Source of the DNA: Neocallimastix sp. 'constans'
Lineage: Eukaryota
Assembly: GCA_050613775.1 (NCBI GenBank)
Contig: JBODTK010000117.1
Span: forward strand, 434,001 to 498,000
Direction: 5' to 3'
DNA: 64,000 nt
Position numbers and translations under genes: made by a program. The notes below the pieces were generated by a model. It was given only the letters and a program-made list of their open reading frames with translations, did not search any database and was not told the DNA's origin. Positions 22,590 through 32,602 of the stretch are shown here, piece after piece. Position 1 is the stretch's first letter, and each line of letters begins with the position of its first letter.

Positions 22590-24716
22590 TTAATGTTCAT
22601 CTTCTATGGTTTTGAACATTTCATTTCTAAATGATTCTGATATAAATTGAGGTGTAATTTCATTTAGTATTTTTTCATCCAACTGTTCAAATCTTACAGT
22701 TTTCCATTCTTCTTTTGGTATAACTTGCCACCATAGTTTCTTTTCTAAACCATAATCTCTATCAATCATAAAGGAATAACAAATTGGATTCTTCCATATT
22801 TGATTTGGAATTTCGTGAGTGAGTCTATCTAAATAATCCTTAAATTCTTGATTTGTTCCATTAGCTTTAATATTTTCTTGCCAATAGATGTAATCAAAAT
22901 TATATTGATATCCTTTTGTATAAGATTCTGGCATTACAATTTTATTGTCAAAATACTTCTTCTTTTTTCCGAAAATATAGTAATGTCCTTTTATTCTACT
23001 AATGATATCCTTTTTAAGATCTTCTTGAGATTTATATTTATAATCCTTATTGTGAGAATAGGATGCTACTTTATTAAGAAATTGATCAATAGTGGGTAAG
23101 AAACTACTAAGATGCCATCCACCATTCCAAAATACAGGCTTTTCTTCTATACCTAATCTATTGACTTTAGAAGTAGCAAATCTTAATCTTTCTCCAAGGT
23201 ATCCCTTACCTATCCTTCTATCATTAGTATTATCTGTATAGGTGTATCCTTTGTATGGGTTAAAAGTAGGATCAAGTAATGGATCATAGTTATCATCGTC
23301 AACTTCTCTCTTCATCTTCATATTTCCATTATATCTATCTACCAATTGACCAAGTGAACGTCTCGCATCAAATATAGCAATATTTGGATGGGCTACTGTT
23401 CCTATATCTTTATTTTCAATAATATTTAAAGAATATTCATAGAACCAACTTAAGAAACCAACCGATCTATCTCTTTCGTAATCTATTAAATATTCACCAT
23501 CTTTATTTGTTTTTGCATTAGTTTTATTATTTACAAAATAACTATCAATATTTCCATTTTTGAAGGATTTAGGTCCTCCTCCAATACCTGCTTGTAAATG
23601 TTCCCATCCACCACACTTCTTTAAAAGAGAAAGAATATGAGGTCTAGGAAATTCATCTAAATCACCATGCATAAAAATATCACCATGACGAGCTTGAACA
23701 GATTGTAAACCCTTTTCAATTACATTTCTTCTAGCTAAATGTTCTCTTGGGAAACCTTTTCCTCTACCATTATCTTCATCAACAATAGTTTCCATTGGTA
23801 ATGGAATTAATTTATCCTTGAATTTATCATATCTATCTGTTTCAAATAAAGTTCTTGTAAAATATAATGGTTTGGGTTTACCGGTAAATGTACTATTTGA
23901 TTCATAGATTACGAAATAATCAATAATTTCATAGAATTCAGCAAGATATAAATCTAATAAATCAAATTCACCATTGAATAAGATAAAAGTGAATACACGT
24001 CTTCTTCTTGGATCTGAAACTTCATCCATTCTACTAGTCACCACACTATTATAAAAAGTTTCATCATCAATATCAGATGTAGTATCATTACCAATATATC
24101 CATAATCAAATGGATGATATTCATTATCAACTAATTCTTTTACTGTTTTTTTAAAATATATTTGATTAGTTATATTCAATTTTTCCCAACTATTCCATTT
24201 CTTCATTTGATTCGTAATGGAATCTAAATGAAGGACATATGGTAAACCTTTTCCATTATCATTGTTGTAATTAGTAATTTGAACACTACTTCCTTCACAT
24301 TTAGGATTAATAATAGAATCAGGGTAGTGAAAAGGTTGAAGATTTGGGCAAGGTGGTGTATATAATTTTATATCTTCAATTTTTGTTTCTGTACTATTAT
24401 TAAAACCAATATTATATATACCGTCTAATATATTTATATTTAATTCAAGTCCATATTTATCTTTTCTTGATTTTCCTTTGATAAATAAATAATTATTTTC
24501 TTTTTCTTCTTTTATGTAATAATCTTTCATATCACTACTAATTGAACTTTGCTTAATATTGTCTTCTTTTATTTTTTCATTATTATAGTTTAATGTAATG
24601 ATAGATATTATTGCTAAAGACAATATTACAATAAATAATTTTATTTTTTTATTTATTAATTTATTTACACGTTTAGTAATAGTTGGATTTCCAACTAATT
24701 CATATTTTTGAGGCAT
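22590..24716 (-). CDS. Glycosyltransferase family 17 (beta-1,4-N-acetylglucosaminyltransferase, GnT-III-like), type II membrane protein
   Basis: N-terminal TM anchor; FILFNGEFDLL..VIYESNSTFTGKPKPLYF, GDLDE (DxD), GGWHLS motifs typical of GT17; uninterrupted 708-aa ORF. Confidence 0.85.
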   Translation of the reverse strand: MPQKYELVGNPTITKRVNKLINKKIKLFIVILSLAIISIITLNYNNEKIKEDNIKQSSISSDMKDYYIKEEKENNYLFIKGKSRKDKYGLELNINILDGIYNIGFNNSTETKIEDIKLYTPPCPNLQPFHYPDSIINPKCEGSSVQITNYNNDNGKGLPYVLHLDSITNQMKKWNSWEKLNITNQIYFKKTVKELVDNEYHPFDYGYIGNDTTSDIDDETFYNSVVTSRMDEVSDPRRRRVFTFILFNGEFDLLDLYLAEFYEIIDYFVIYESNSTFTGKPKPLYFTRTLFETDRYDKFKDKLIPLPMETIVDEDNGRGKGFPREHLARRNVIEKGLQSVQARHGDIFMHGDLDEFPRPHILSLLKKCGGWEHLQAGIGGGPKSFKNGNIDSYFVNNKTNAKTNKDGEYLIDYERDRSVGFLSWFYEYSLNIIENKDIGTVAHPNIAIFDARRSLGQLVDRYNGNMKMKREVDDDNYDPLLDPTFNPYKGYTYTDNTNDRRIGKGYLGERLRFATSKVNRLGIEEKPVFWNGGWHLSSFLPTIDQFLNKVASYSHNKDYKYKSQEDLKKDIISRIKGHYYIFGKKKKYFDNKIVMPESYTKGYQYNFDYIYWQENIKANGTNQEFKDYLDRLTHEIPNQIWKNPICYSFMIDRDYGLEKKLWWQVIPKEEWKTVRFEQLDEKILNEITPQFISESFRNEMFKTIEDEH

Positions 24717-27700
24717 TGTTTATTTATTTAATTTTAATTAAAACTAAACAAAATAATATAGATCAACAGCAACAAATATTAAAAAGGTATAATAAATTAT
24801 AATATATAAAAATAAAATCAAATGAGATATTTTTTCTCAATATATTAGTTTAAACAATTGTTAAATAATCACTAAAAAAATGAATATATTATTCGTTTTA
24901 TTAATAAAATTATATTTAATTTAGTATTTTACTAATATTTTTTTGTTTTATAAATATAGTACAATTCATGAATATATATACTATCTTAAAAAATTTAATT
25001 ATATATCAATATACAAATACTTTATCCACAAGTTCTATTAATACGAGATGATTGGTTAATAATATATTCAATAAATTAATATAAATTATTTTTGAATAGA
25101 TTTTTTTATAGAAAATAATTTAATTATATTTTATTAAAAAAAATTTTTCTAAAATCTGAAGATTCTTTTTTTCTTATTTATTATAAAATAATAATAAATA
25201 AAGTAAATTAATAATTTATAATGATTAAAATAATAACTTTACTCTTTATTTTTTTATTTTTTTTTAATTTTAAATACTGGAATTTGTTATATATTCAATC
25301 AAATGTAAATGTATTAGTCATAATATAATATAATATAATATATTATAATAATAAATAACCACTTCTTGAATGAAAATTAACTTTGTGACAAAATATAATC
25401 ATATTAATGATATTATTAATATATTTAATTTTATTATATATAACCTTTTTAATTATGTATTATTCAAATATATATATAAAAATAATATATATCTTGATTA
25501 AAGAATTATAACTCATTGGACAAAATTAGCTTTTAAATAAGCTATTTTAATACCATTCCAGTTTAAATATTGATGATAAAGAAATAATTAAATATATGAT
25601 GTCAATGATTATAATAAGGAAATAGATTAGTTCATGGTTAATATATCTTTAATATCTAAAATCTAAAGCAATTAATCTTGCTTTATATATTTTAATGTTA
25701 TTGTTACTGTCTTTTTTTTTATATGATAAATATCCATTTATTAAAAATTGTAGGTTTACTTATAAGAAGTTAATGTTCTATTATTATATAAGTTAAATAA
25801 TTCATTTCGATTAGTTTTGATCTAAAAATTTTTATGGTTTATTAAGCATGGATAATTATATACTGTTAATAATAAACTACCCCTGAAAATGGATGGGGCA
25901 CAAGCGGTTAGTCATACACCAAAGTTAGTGTAAAACTCTTTGTATTTATTGAAGATTTGAAGATACTCCATGTGGTTAAGTTCGTCTAGATTTTTTTCTA
26001 GATTTTTTCTATCCTTCATTGTTTCAGAGTCCAGACTTTCTCAAAAAAAATTTTTTAGTAAAATTTATTATATTTTAGTATATATATTACAATAAATTAT
26101 GATATAATGTAATTCATTATTTTTTAATATTTTTGTATGAACATTTTTTTTTTTTAAATAAAAATTATGTAAAATTAAATAAAATTAATATATTAATTTA
26201 TTAATAATGATTTAATAATTATTGTAATACATAATTTTTTTAATAAAAAATTTTTTATTAAATAAAATTTTTTTTTAAATTAATTTATTAATTAGTTTAG
26301 AAAAAGAACAAAATTTTATTCATTTTTTAATTTAATTTAATTTATTTTTTTTAAAAAAAAAGATATATTTAGATATATTTTTTTTTCATTGTTTAGACAT
26401 TAAAGTTAAAAATACAATTGTTTAAGTTTTTGGTTACATTCTAGGAATTCTAATCCCCTTTTTTTTTTTTTTTTTTTCTATTTTATTTTTTAAGAACTTT
26501 CTGAAAAATATTTATATTAAAAAATAAATTAATAATAAATATATATATATATTATAGCTTATTTTATTTTATTTTTTTAATAACCGAAATAATTGTGAAC
26601 TTTATTTTTATTAATTTTCTTTTTTTTTTATAACCGAAATAATTGTGGACTTTATTTTTATTTAATTATTAATTTATTAAGTATCATTTAAAAAACACAA
26701 TAAAAAAAAATATTTGTCCAAATTTGTAGATCTACAATTTCGTAACTGTGCATTTCAAAATGTGGCATATTTCATATATGGCTTATTTTTTTTAATAATT
26801 AAATAAATAATAATTAAATAAATAATAAATATTCTTTTTTTTATATATATATATAATTTATTGATATTTAATTGAAAAAATAATTTTTTAAAAAAATTTT
26901 TTCTTATAATTATTTTATAATAGAATATGTTATTATTTCTTTTGAAATAATAATTATTTATATATTTATTTATAGTTGTATAGAAATACTTAAAAATGTA
27001 TGGCTTTATTTTAAAATATTTATAAACCACATTGCGATATGAACGGTGGTTAGGATTGTAAATAAATGTTTAATAAGTGGGACTGTGCATTTTCCAATCG
27101 TGCATTTCTTAAGGTAGCACATTAATGTATGTGGTTTTCTTTTTAATAAATAAATAATAAATAATTAAATAATTAAATAAATAACTAAATAAATATTAAA
27201 TATTTATTTTTTATATATAATTTATTAATATTAAATTGTAAAAATAATTTTTTATAGTTCTTTTTAAAAGAATATATTATTGTTTCTTTTGAAATAGTTA
27301 TTTAATAATATTTAATAGAAAAAATATAATATTATTATTTTTGAAATAAAAATTATATATATATTTACTTATGATTGTATAGAATATCTTAAAATGTATG
27401 GCTTTATTTTAAATGTACATAAGCCACATTGTGATATACACTACATTCTCATAAGTGAATGTAATAACTTATTAAAAATATTAGGGGAGTGTGCATTTCG
27501 AAAATTTTTATTACAAAAATTTGTATTTTGTTGTATGGCTTAAATATTTTAATTTTAAGCCACTTAATTTTATTAAAAATTTAATGAATAATAATTAATT
27601 AATTAAATAAATAAAATTACAATTTTCAAAAATTTTCAAACACGTAATCTTACGTGGGGCGTATATCTAATTGTATCATAATTTTGTGGCTTTTTTCTAC

Positions 27701-27873
27701 AATTTTTAAAAAGCCATATATTCACAATATGGCGTGAATAATAAATGTGGTGATATTTTATGACGAAAATTTATAAGCCACCAAGAATTTGGCGAAATTT
27801 AACTGGACGAAATTCAACTTTTGGCGAAATACAACACTTCAATAAATAATAATTAGGTTAGGTATTTCTATTT

Positions 27874-28125
27874 AACATTGAAAAATAAAATAAAAATAAA
27901 TAAACATTTTATTTTTTAATGCTTAAAAAATAAAATAAAAATAAGAAATAAGAAAACTTTTTTTTTAAACATTGAAAAATAAAATAAAAATAAATAAACA
28001 TTTTATTTTTTAAGCATCAAAAAATAAAAAAAAAAAAGAAAAATAAGAAATAAGAAAACTTCTTTTTTAAACATTAAAAAATAAAATAAAAATAAATAAA
28101 AATTTATTTTTTAAGCATTAAAAAA
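27874..28125. repeat. Three imperfect ~95-105 nt A-rich tandem units upstream of the transposase fragment
   Basis: aacatt(g/a)aaaaataaaataaaaataaataaa recurs near 27874, 27968 and 28069. Confidence 0.6.
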
Positions 28126-28353
28126 TAAAAAAAATAAAATAAAACAAAAAAATAAAAAATAAAAATAAAAATAAATAAATAAAATAGTAAATAAAGAAAT
28201 AATAAATAATTAATAATTAAATAATTATTTAAATAATTATATAATTAATTAAAAAAAGGTTTATTATTTTAAATATTAAAAAAAAAAAAAAAAGTTTCAA
28301 AGTATTTAAAAGTATATTTATTAAAATATTTTATTGAAAAATTTTAATTATTA

Positions 28354-28860
28354 ATGGAAGACAATATAGAAATTGAAATAAGTGAAACAAATCGAGGAAA
28401 TGAACAAATTATTATTAATAAAAAACACAAATTTAATTTTTCATTTCAAAGGAAAGATAAATCAAAAATTTATAGATGCACTGAATATAAGACTTTAAAT
28501 AAATGTAAATCTTTAATTATTTTAAATGATAAAAAGGAGGTTTTAAAATATGAAAGTTTACATAACCATCTCAAAAAAGAAATTGATGTGTCTATATCAT
28601 TAGCAAAGCATAAAATTAAGGAAGAAATTAAGAAAAATTCAATTCCTATGGATATAAAACCTAAACATATATTTAATGCCGTTTCTCAAGAAATGGGACT
28701 TATATGTCCCGAATATAATACAATTAGATCCCAAATAATAAGAAATATAAATAAACAATTTCCTCCAAACATAAAAGGTTTTGATGATATTCCCATTGAA
28801 TCAGAATATTATAAAATGAAAAGAAATGAAAATTTTATGATATTTAAAAATACTGATCTA
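28354..28860 (+). pseudogene. N-terminal fragment of a Mutator-like (MULE) transposase with FLYWCH-like zinc finger, interrupted by H1
   Basis: YRC-x8-C...HNH pattern; the ORF runs into the H1 LTR at 28861 and stops. Confidence 0.65.
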
Positions 28861-29194
28861 TGTAACGATTTAGTGATGTTGCTCACTAGGTCGTTGTAGA
28901 TGAAGTAAATAAATAAATTAAAAAAATAATAAAATTATATATTTTATGGTTTTATATTATATTTTATTTATTTATTATTTACGTTAAACAATATTGACTC
29001 GAAGAGTCAAAATAAAATAATAATACATGATATTTATATTCAAAGATAAAATTATTCTATTACATGATTGATTGATTATAAATGTATAAATATTAAATAA
29101 TTAAATAAATTTAATTAAATGAATGATTATTAATATTTTAAATAAATATAATTAAATGAATGAATTAACTAATAATTAATTAAATTATTTTATC

Positions 29195-29272
29195 AAAAAG
29201 GTAAAAGGTAAAATTCGAACTTATGACATCCACTATGGTAACTCAAGGTAGGTACCATTGAGTAACTTCAGC
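29195..29272 (-). promoter_or_regulatory. tRNA-like Pol III A/B-box cassette in H1 LTR (second copy ~38991-39068)
   Basis: Minus strand TTACTCAATGG (degenerate A box) and GTTCGAAT (B box) 45 nt apart as in tRNA, then T runs. Confidence 0.6.
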
Positions 29273-29286
29273 CAAGTTATAACGAT

Positions 29287-29782
29287 TGATAAGAATGTAC
29301 TAAATAATGCATTCTTAATTAAATCTACGATTTATTTCTAATACATTATGTGTACATTATTATTTTTGTACTTTAATAAATTTTTAAATCCAAAGATCAA
29401 AAATTAAATCAAAAATTATATTAAACTTTATATTTTTATATTAAATCTTATATTAATAGTAATATTTTTATATATTTAAAACTTATATTAGCAATATTAA
29501 TAATAAATCTTATTTTTTTTATATTAATAATGAAAATTTATATTAATAATATTTTTATATATTGATAATTAAAAATTTATATATTATATTTTAACTTTTT
29601 ATTATAAAATTTTATATCGAAATGTTTTATTTTATATTGAAAAATATTTTATTTTATTAAAAACCTTTATATTAGAATAGTATTTTTATTTTTATTTGAA
29701 TATTTTAACAGATTGTAATAAAAATTATAGCCAATTAAATAAATTCTTATTAGTAATATTTTAGATATTTTTAAATAAATAA

Positions 29783-29826
<44 letters not shown>

Positions 29827-30125
29827 TTTTATTAATATTATAAATGTATTTTATTTATATTGTTATAATTAAATTTTATATAATTAATTATAAAAATCAA
29901 TTTAAATTTAATAGTTTTTAAAAAAAAAAAATAAATAAAATGTAATTTAGTGGCAAGAACAACTTATATGCCTTGAAAAAAAGTATAAATAGTTGTAAAT
30001 TTTGCTACTAATTTTTAAATATCATCAAATAAAATCAAATAAATTTATAAATAAAAATAATAAATAAATAAATAAAATTTGTGTTTCCTTACTTTATTTT
30101 TATTTAATTCTCTAAAACCTTAACA
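29287..30125 (+). repeat. G1 5' LTR
   Basis: Direct repeat of 36437-37275. Confidence 0.95.
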
Positions 30126-31146
30126 TTTATATGGTGGAGATATCGGGGAATTAAATAGAAATAATAGTAAATAACATAGATTTTTTTTTAATTTTTTTTT
30201 TATTTTATATTGATAAACAAGTAAGTCGTTAATCCTTTGATTAACCCATGGCGCTTGTTTGATATATATATATAAAAAAAATTTTTTTAAATAAGTAAAA
30301 TTAAGATTCTAAAAAAACAAATTTTGTAAAATTATAACAAGGAGCGGATAGAGCTCATACACAGTGTATTCTCAGATAGCAACAAATTAACTCTATTCAT
30401 AGTAGGTTATTGAATAGTAGTTAATTTGGAGATTAATTGGAAAGTAGACGAAGGTATTTGGTTACCGACCCGGTAATAATAGTTCAACCTTCAACGTTTC
30501 AACACACGAAGGTGCGGGTACTTTCCAAGCACTGGCGAATAAGGAGCTTACGTCACCGAAGGCGTAAGATTGTTTTTTTTATATAATTTTTTTTACTTTT
30601 CTTTGTGCTAGTTATAAGGCACTTTATTATATAAAGTATCAGACTTTGGCTAACTTCGCCATTTAAATTTTTTTTATTTTTTTTTATTACTGGTACTTTA
30701 TTTGTTATATAATTCCTGTAATAGAATCTTAATTTACTCTGAAAATATTGTGTTTTTAGTTAATTTTTATTAGTTAATAAAAATATTATTGAATACTTTT
30801 AAAATTTTTTTATTCCGTACATAGATTATCGGATTAAGTTTATCCTACATAGTAATTGGGCTAGTGGGCTCTGAACTGCTATATTTTATATTGAATATAG
30901 TAATCGTGGCACACGCGTGGCATGACACCATTAGGTAAGCTGCACGTCAGACAGTGTGTACTATCAGATTGTACGACAATAAAGATTATTTTTTTGTATT
31001 TAATAATTATAATTAATTAATAATTTTATTAGCTATAACAATACAATATTTATCGTTTAAAAAGAAAAATTTTTGAAAGGTGAAAATAATAAATAAAACT
31101 TTGCTTCTAAATTTATTACTACAAATATACTAAATTACAAAATTCA

Positions 31147-31333
31147 AGTGGTCGATAAAGATTTCGAGCTTGAAAAATATTCTATTAAGTTGTCGATAAA
31201 GATTTCGAACTTAAAATTATTCTATTAAGTTGTCGATAAAGATTTCGAACTTAAAATTATTCTTAAAAAAGTAGTCGAAAAGAACCTCGTGCTTTATAAT
31301 TTCTACTAAGTTGTCGATAAGGATTTCGAGCTT
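31147..31333 (+). repeat. Five ~40-nt tandem hairpin-forming units in the G1 leader
   Basis: aagt(t/g/a)gtcgataaagatttcga(a/g)ctt recurring. Confidence 0.85.
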
Positions 31334-31514
31334 ATACTTACTAAAGAAAGCAAATAAAATTATTATTTTCAAAAATTACTAAGATATATTGTTTTAAAAT
31401 TTGATTCGATATTAAATTACTTGTTAAATTATATTTTTAAAGTTGGACTTTCAAATTTATTCGTATTTAATAACCTCGTTAATTTACAATAAAAAATTAT
31501 TAACTAAAAACGAA

Positions 31515-32420
31515 ATGTCTACTAAAAGTACTTTAAGTTTTAAAGAATTAAAGAAAGAATTACGAGACATAGTGAAGCTTAGCAAGGACAATTTAGATAT
31601 AAAGTCCTGGGCTACTGAATTAAAACTTTGGATCAAGATACAAGGTATCACAGATCCGGAAACAATATTTAATGCTTGTTTACTTACCAGCTCTGGTGAA
31701 GTACAACGCGTTATTGAAGATTTGGGAGAAGATAGTGATGATGAAAGTGATGATTCATCAGATGAAGAAGAAGATGATGAAGAAGAAAATGTTGATGATG
31801 ATAAATTTCCTTCTCTTGAAAAAATTATTTCAAGTCTTGAAAATTTTTACGGTATTAAAGAAGACCAAAATTTACTTCTTAAAGAACTTCGTGCAATGCG
31901 AATTAAAAGAAACGAAAAGATTAAAGACTTTAATGTAAGATATAGAACTTTGTACACTAAACTTGATAAAAAGAGAAGAAAGCGCATTGGTGTACTAGAT
32001 TATATTGACTCTATTCAAAATAATTATGAAGCCTGGAAGAAATTATCCCTTAAAGATGATATAAGTATGGAGAAAGCTTTCAAAATTGCCGAGAAAGTAG
32101 ATAGACTTTCTGTAAGGAACAATAATATTAATACCTATAATGTTAATAATTCCCAGCATAATCAAAATAATCAAAACAGTACTACTTCAAGACTTTATCC
32201 TAAAAGAAGAAACGAAACTTTCCAAACAAGTCAAACAAATAATAAACTGAAACCTCAAGATATTATAGAAGAATCAACCCAGAAAATGAGAAATTTATCT
32301 GTTAAAACTTGCTTCTTCTGTAAGGAAGAAGGTCATTACTCATACTATTGCCCTCAATTAAATAAGATTATGGAAAAAAATAAAAAAGAAATATATTCCA
32401 AAAAGTCTTTAAACTTCTAA
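31515..32420 (+). CDS. gag: G1 Gag (acidic tract, CCHC knuckle)
   Basis: CFFCKEEGHYSYYC; homologous to G2/G3 Gag; first ATG at 31515. Confidence 0.9.
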   Translation: MSTKSTLSFKELKKELRDIVKLSKDNLDIKSWATELKLWIKIQGITDPETIFNACLLTSSGEVQRVIEDLGEDSDDESDDSSDEEEDDEEENVDDDKFPSLEKIISSLENFYGIKEDQNLLLKELRAMRIKRNEKIKDFNVRYRTLYTKLDKKRRKRIGVLDYIDSIQNNYEAWKKLSLKDDISMEKAFKIAEKVDRLSVRNNNINTYNVNNSQHNQNNQNSTTSRLYPKRRNETFQTSQTNNKLKPQDIIEESTQKMRNLSVKTCFFCKEEGHYSYYCPQLNKIMEKNKKEIYSKKSLNF

Positions 32421-32460
32421 ATGGGAGCAGAAGCACTCCCAATGACAAAACAATAGCTTC
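32408..32460 (+). other. -1 ribosomal frameshift signal (T TTA AAC + H-type pseudoknot); also 41275-41327, 47778-47830, and a hairpin version at 60707-60741
   Basis: Heptamer in the gag frame; pol in -1 frame; GGGAG/CTCCC stem whose loop GAAGC pairs with downstream GCTTC. Confidence 0.85.
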
Positions 32461-32602
32461 ATTAAATAATTTACAAAATAATACTTTTACCAAGAATACC
32501 CCAATTGATAATAATTCCTTTAATAAAGAATCTGAAGAATCTGATTTTAGTGACACAACTGAAAGTGAGGATAATATCATTATAAATGCTATAAAAAGAA
32601 AA

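Noticed and set aside
25866..26040. GC-richer island upstream of the GT17 gene
   Set aside because: No recognisable RNA motif, repeat partner or sustained ORF; cannot be assigned
28861..28899. C-terminus CNDLVMLLTRSL of the 181-aa ORF (likewise 50661-50750 of the 925-aa ORF)
   Set aside because: Read-through into inserted LTR sequence, not native protein
31147..31333. CRISPR-like repeat array
   Set aside because: Inter-repeat segments are short and similar to each other; it lies in a eukaryotic retrotransposon leader with no cas genes
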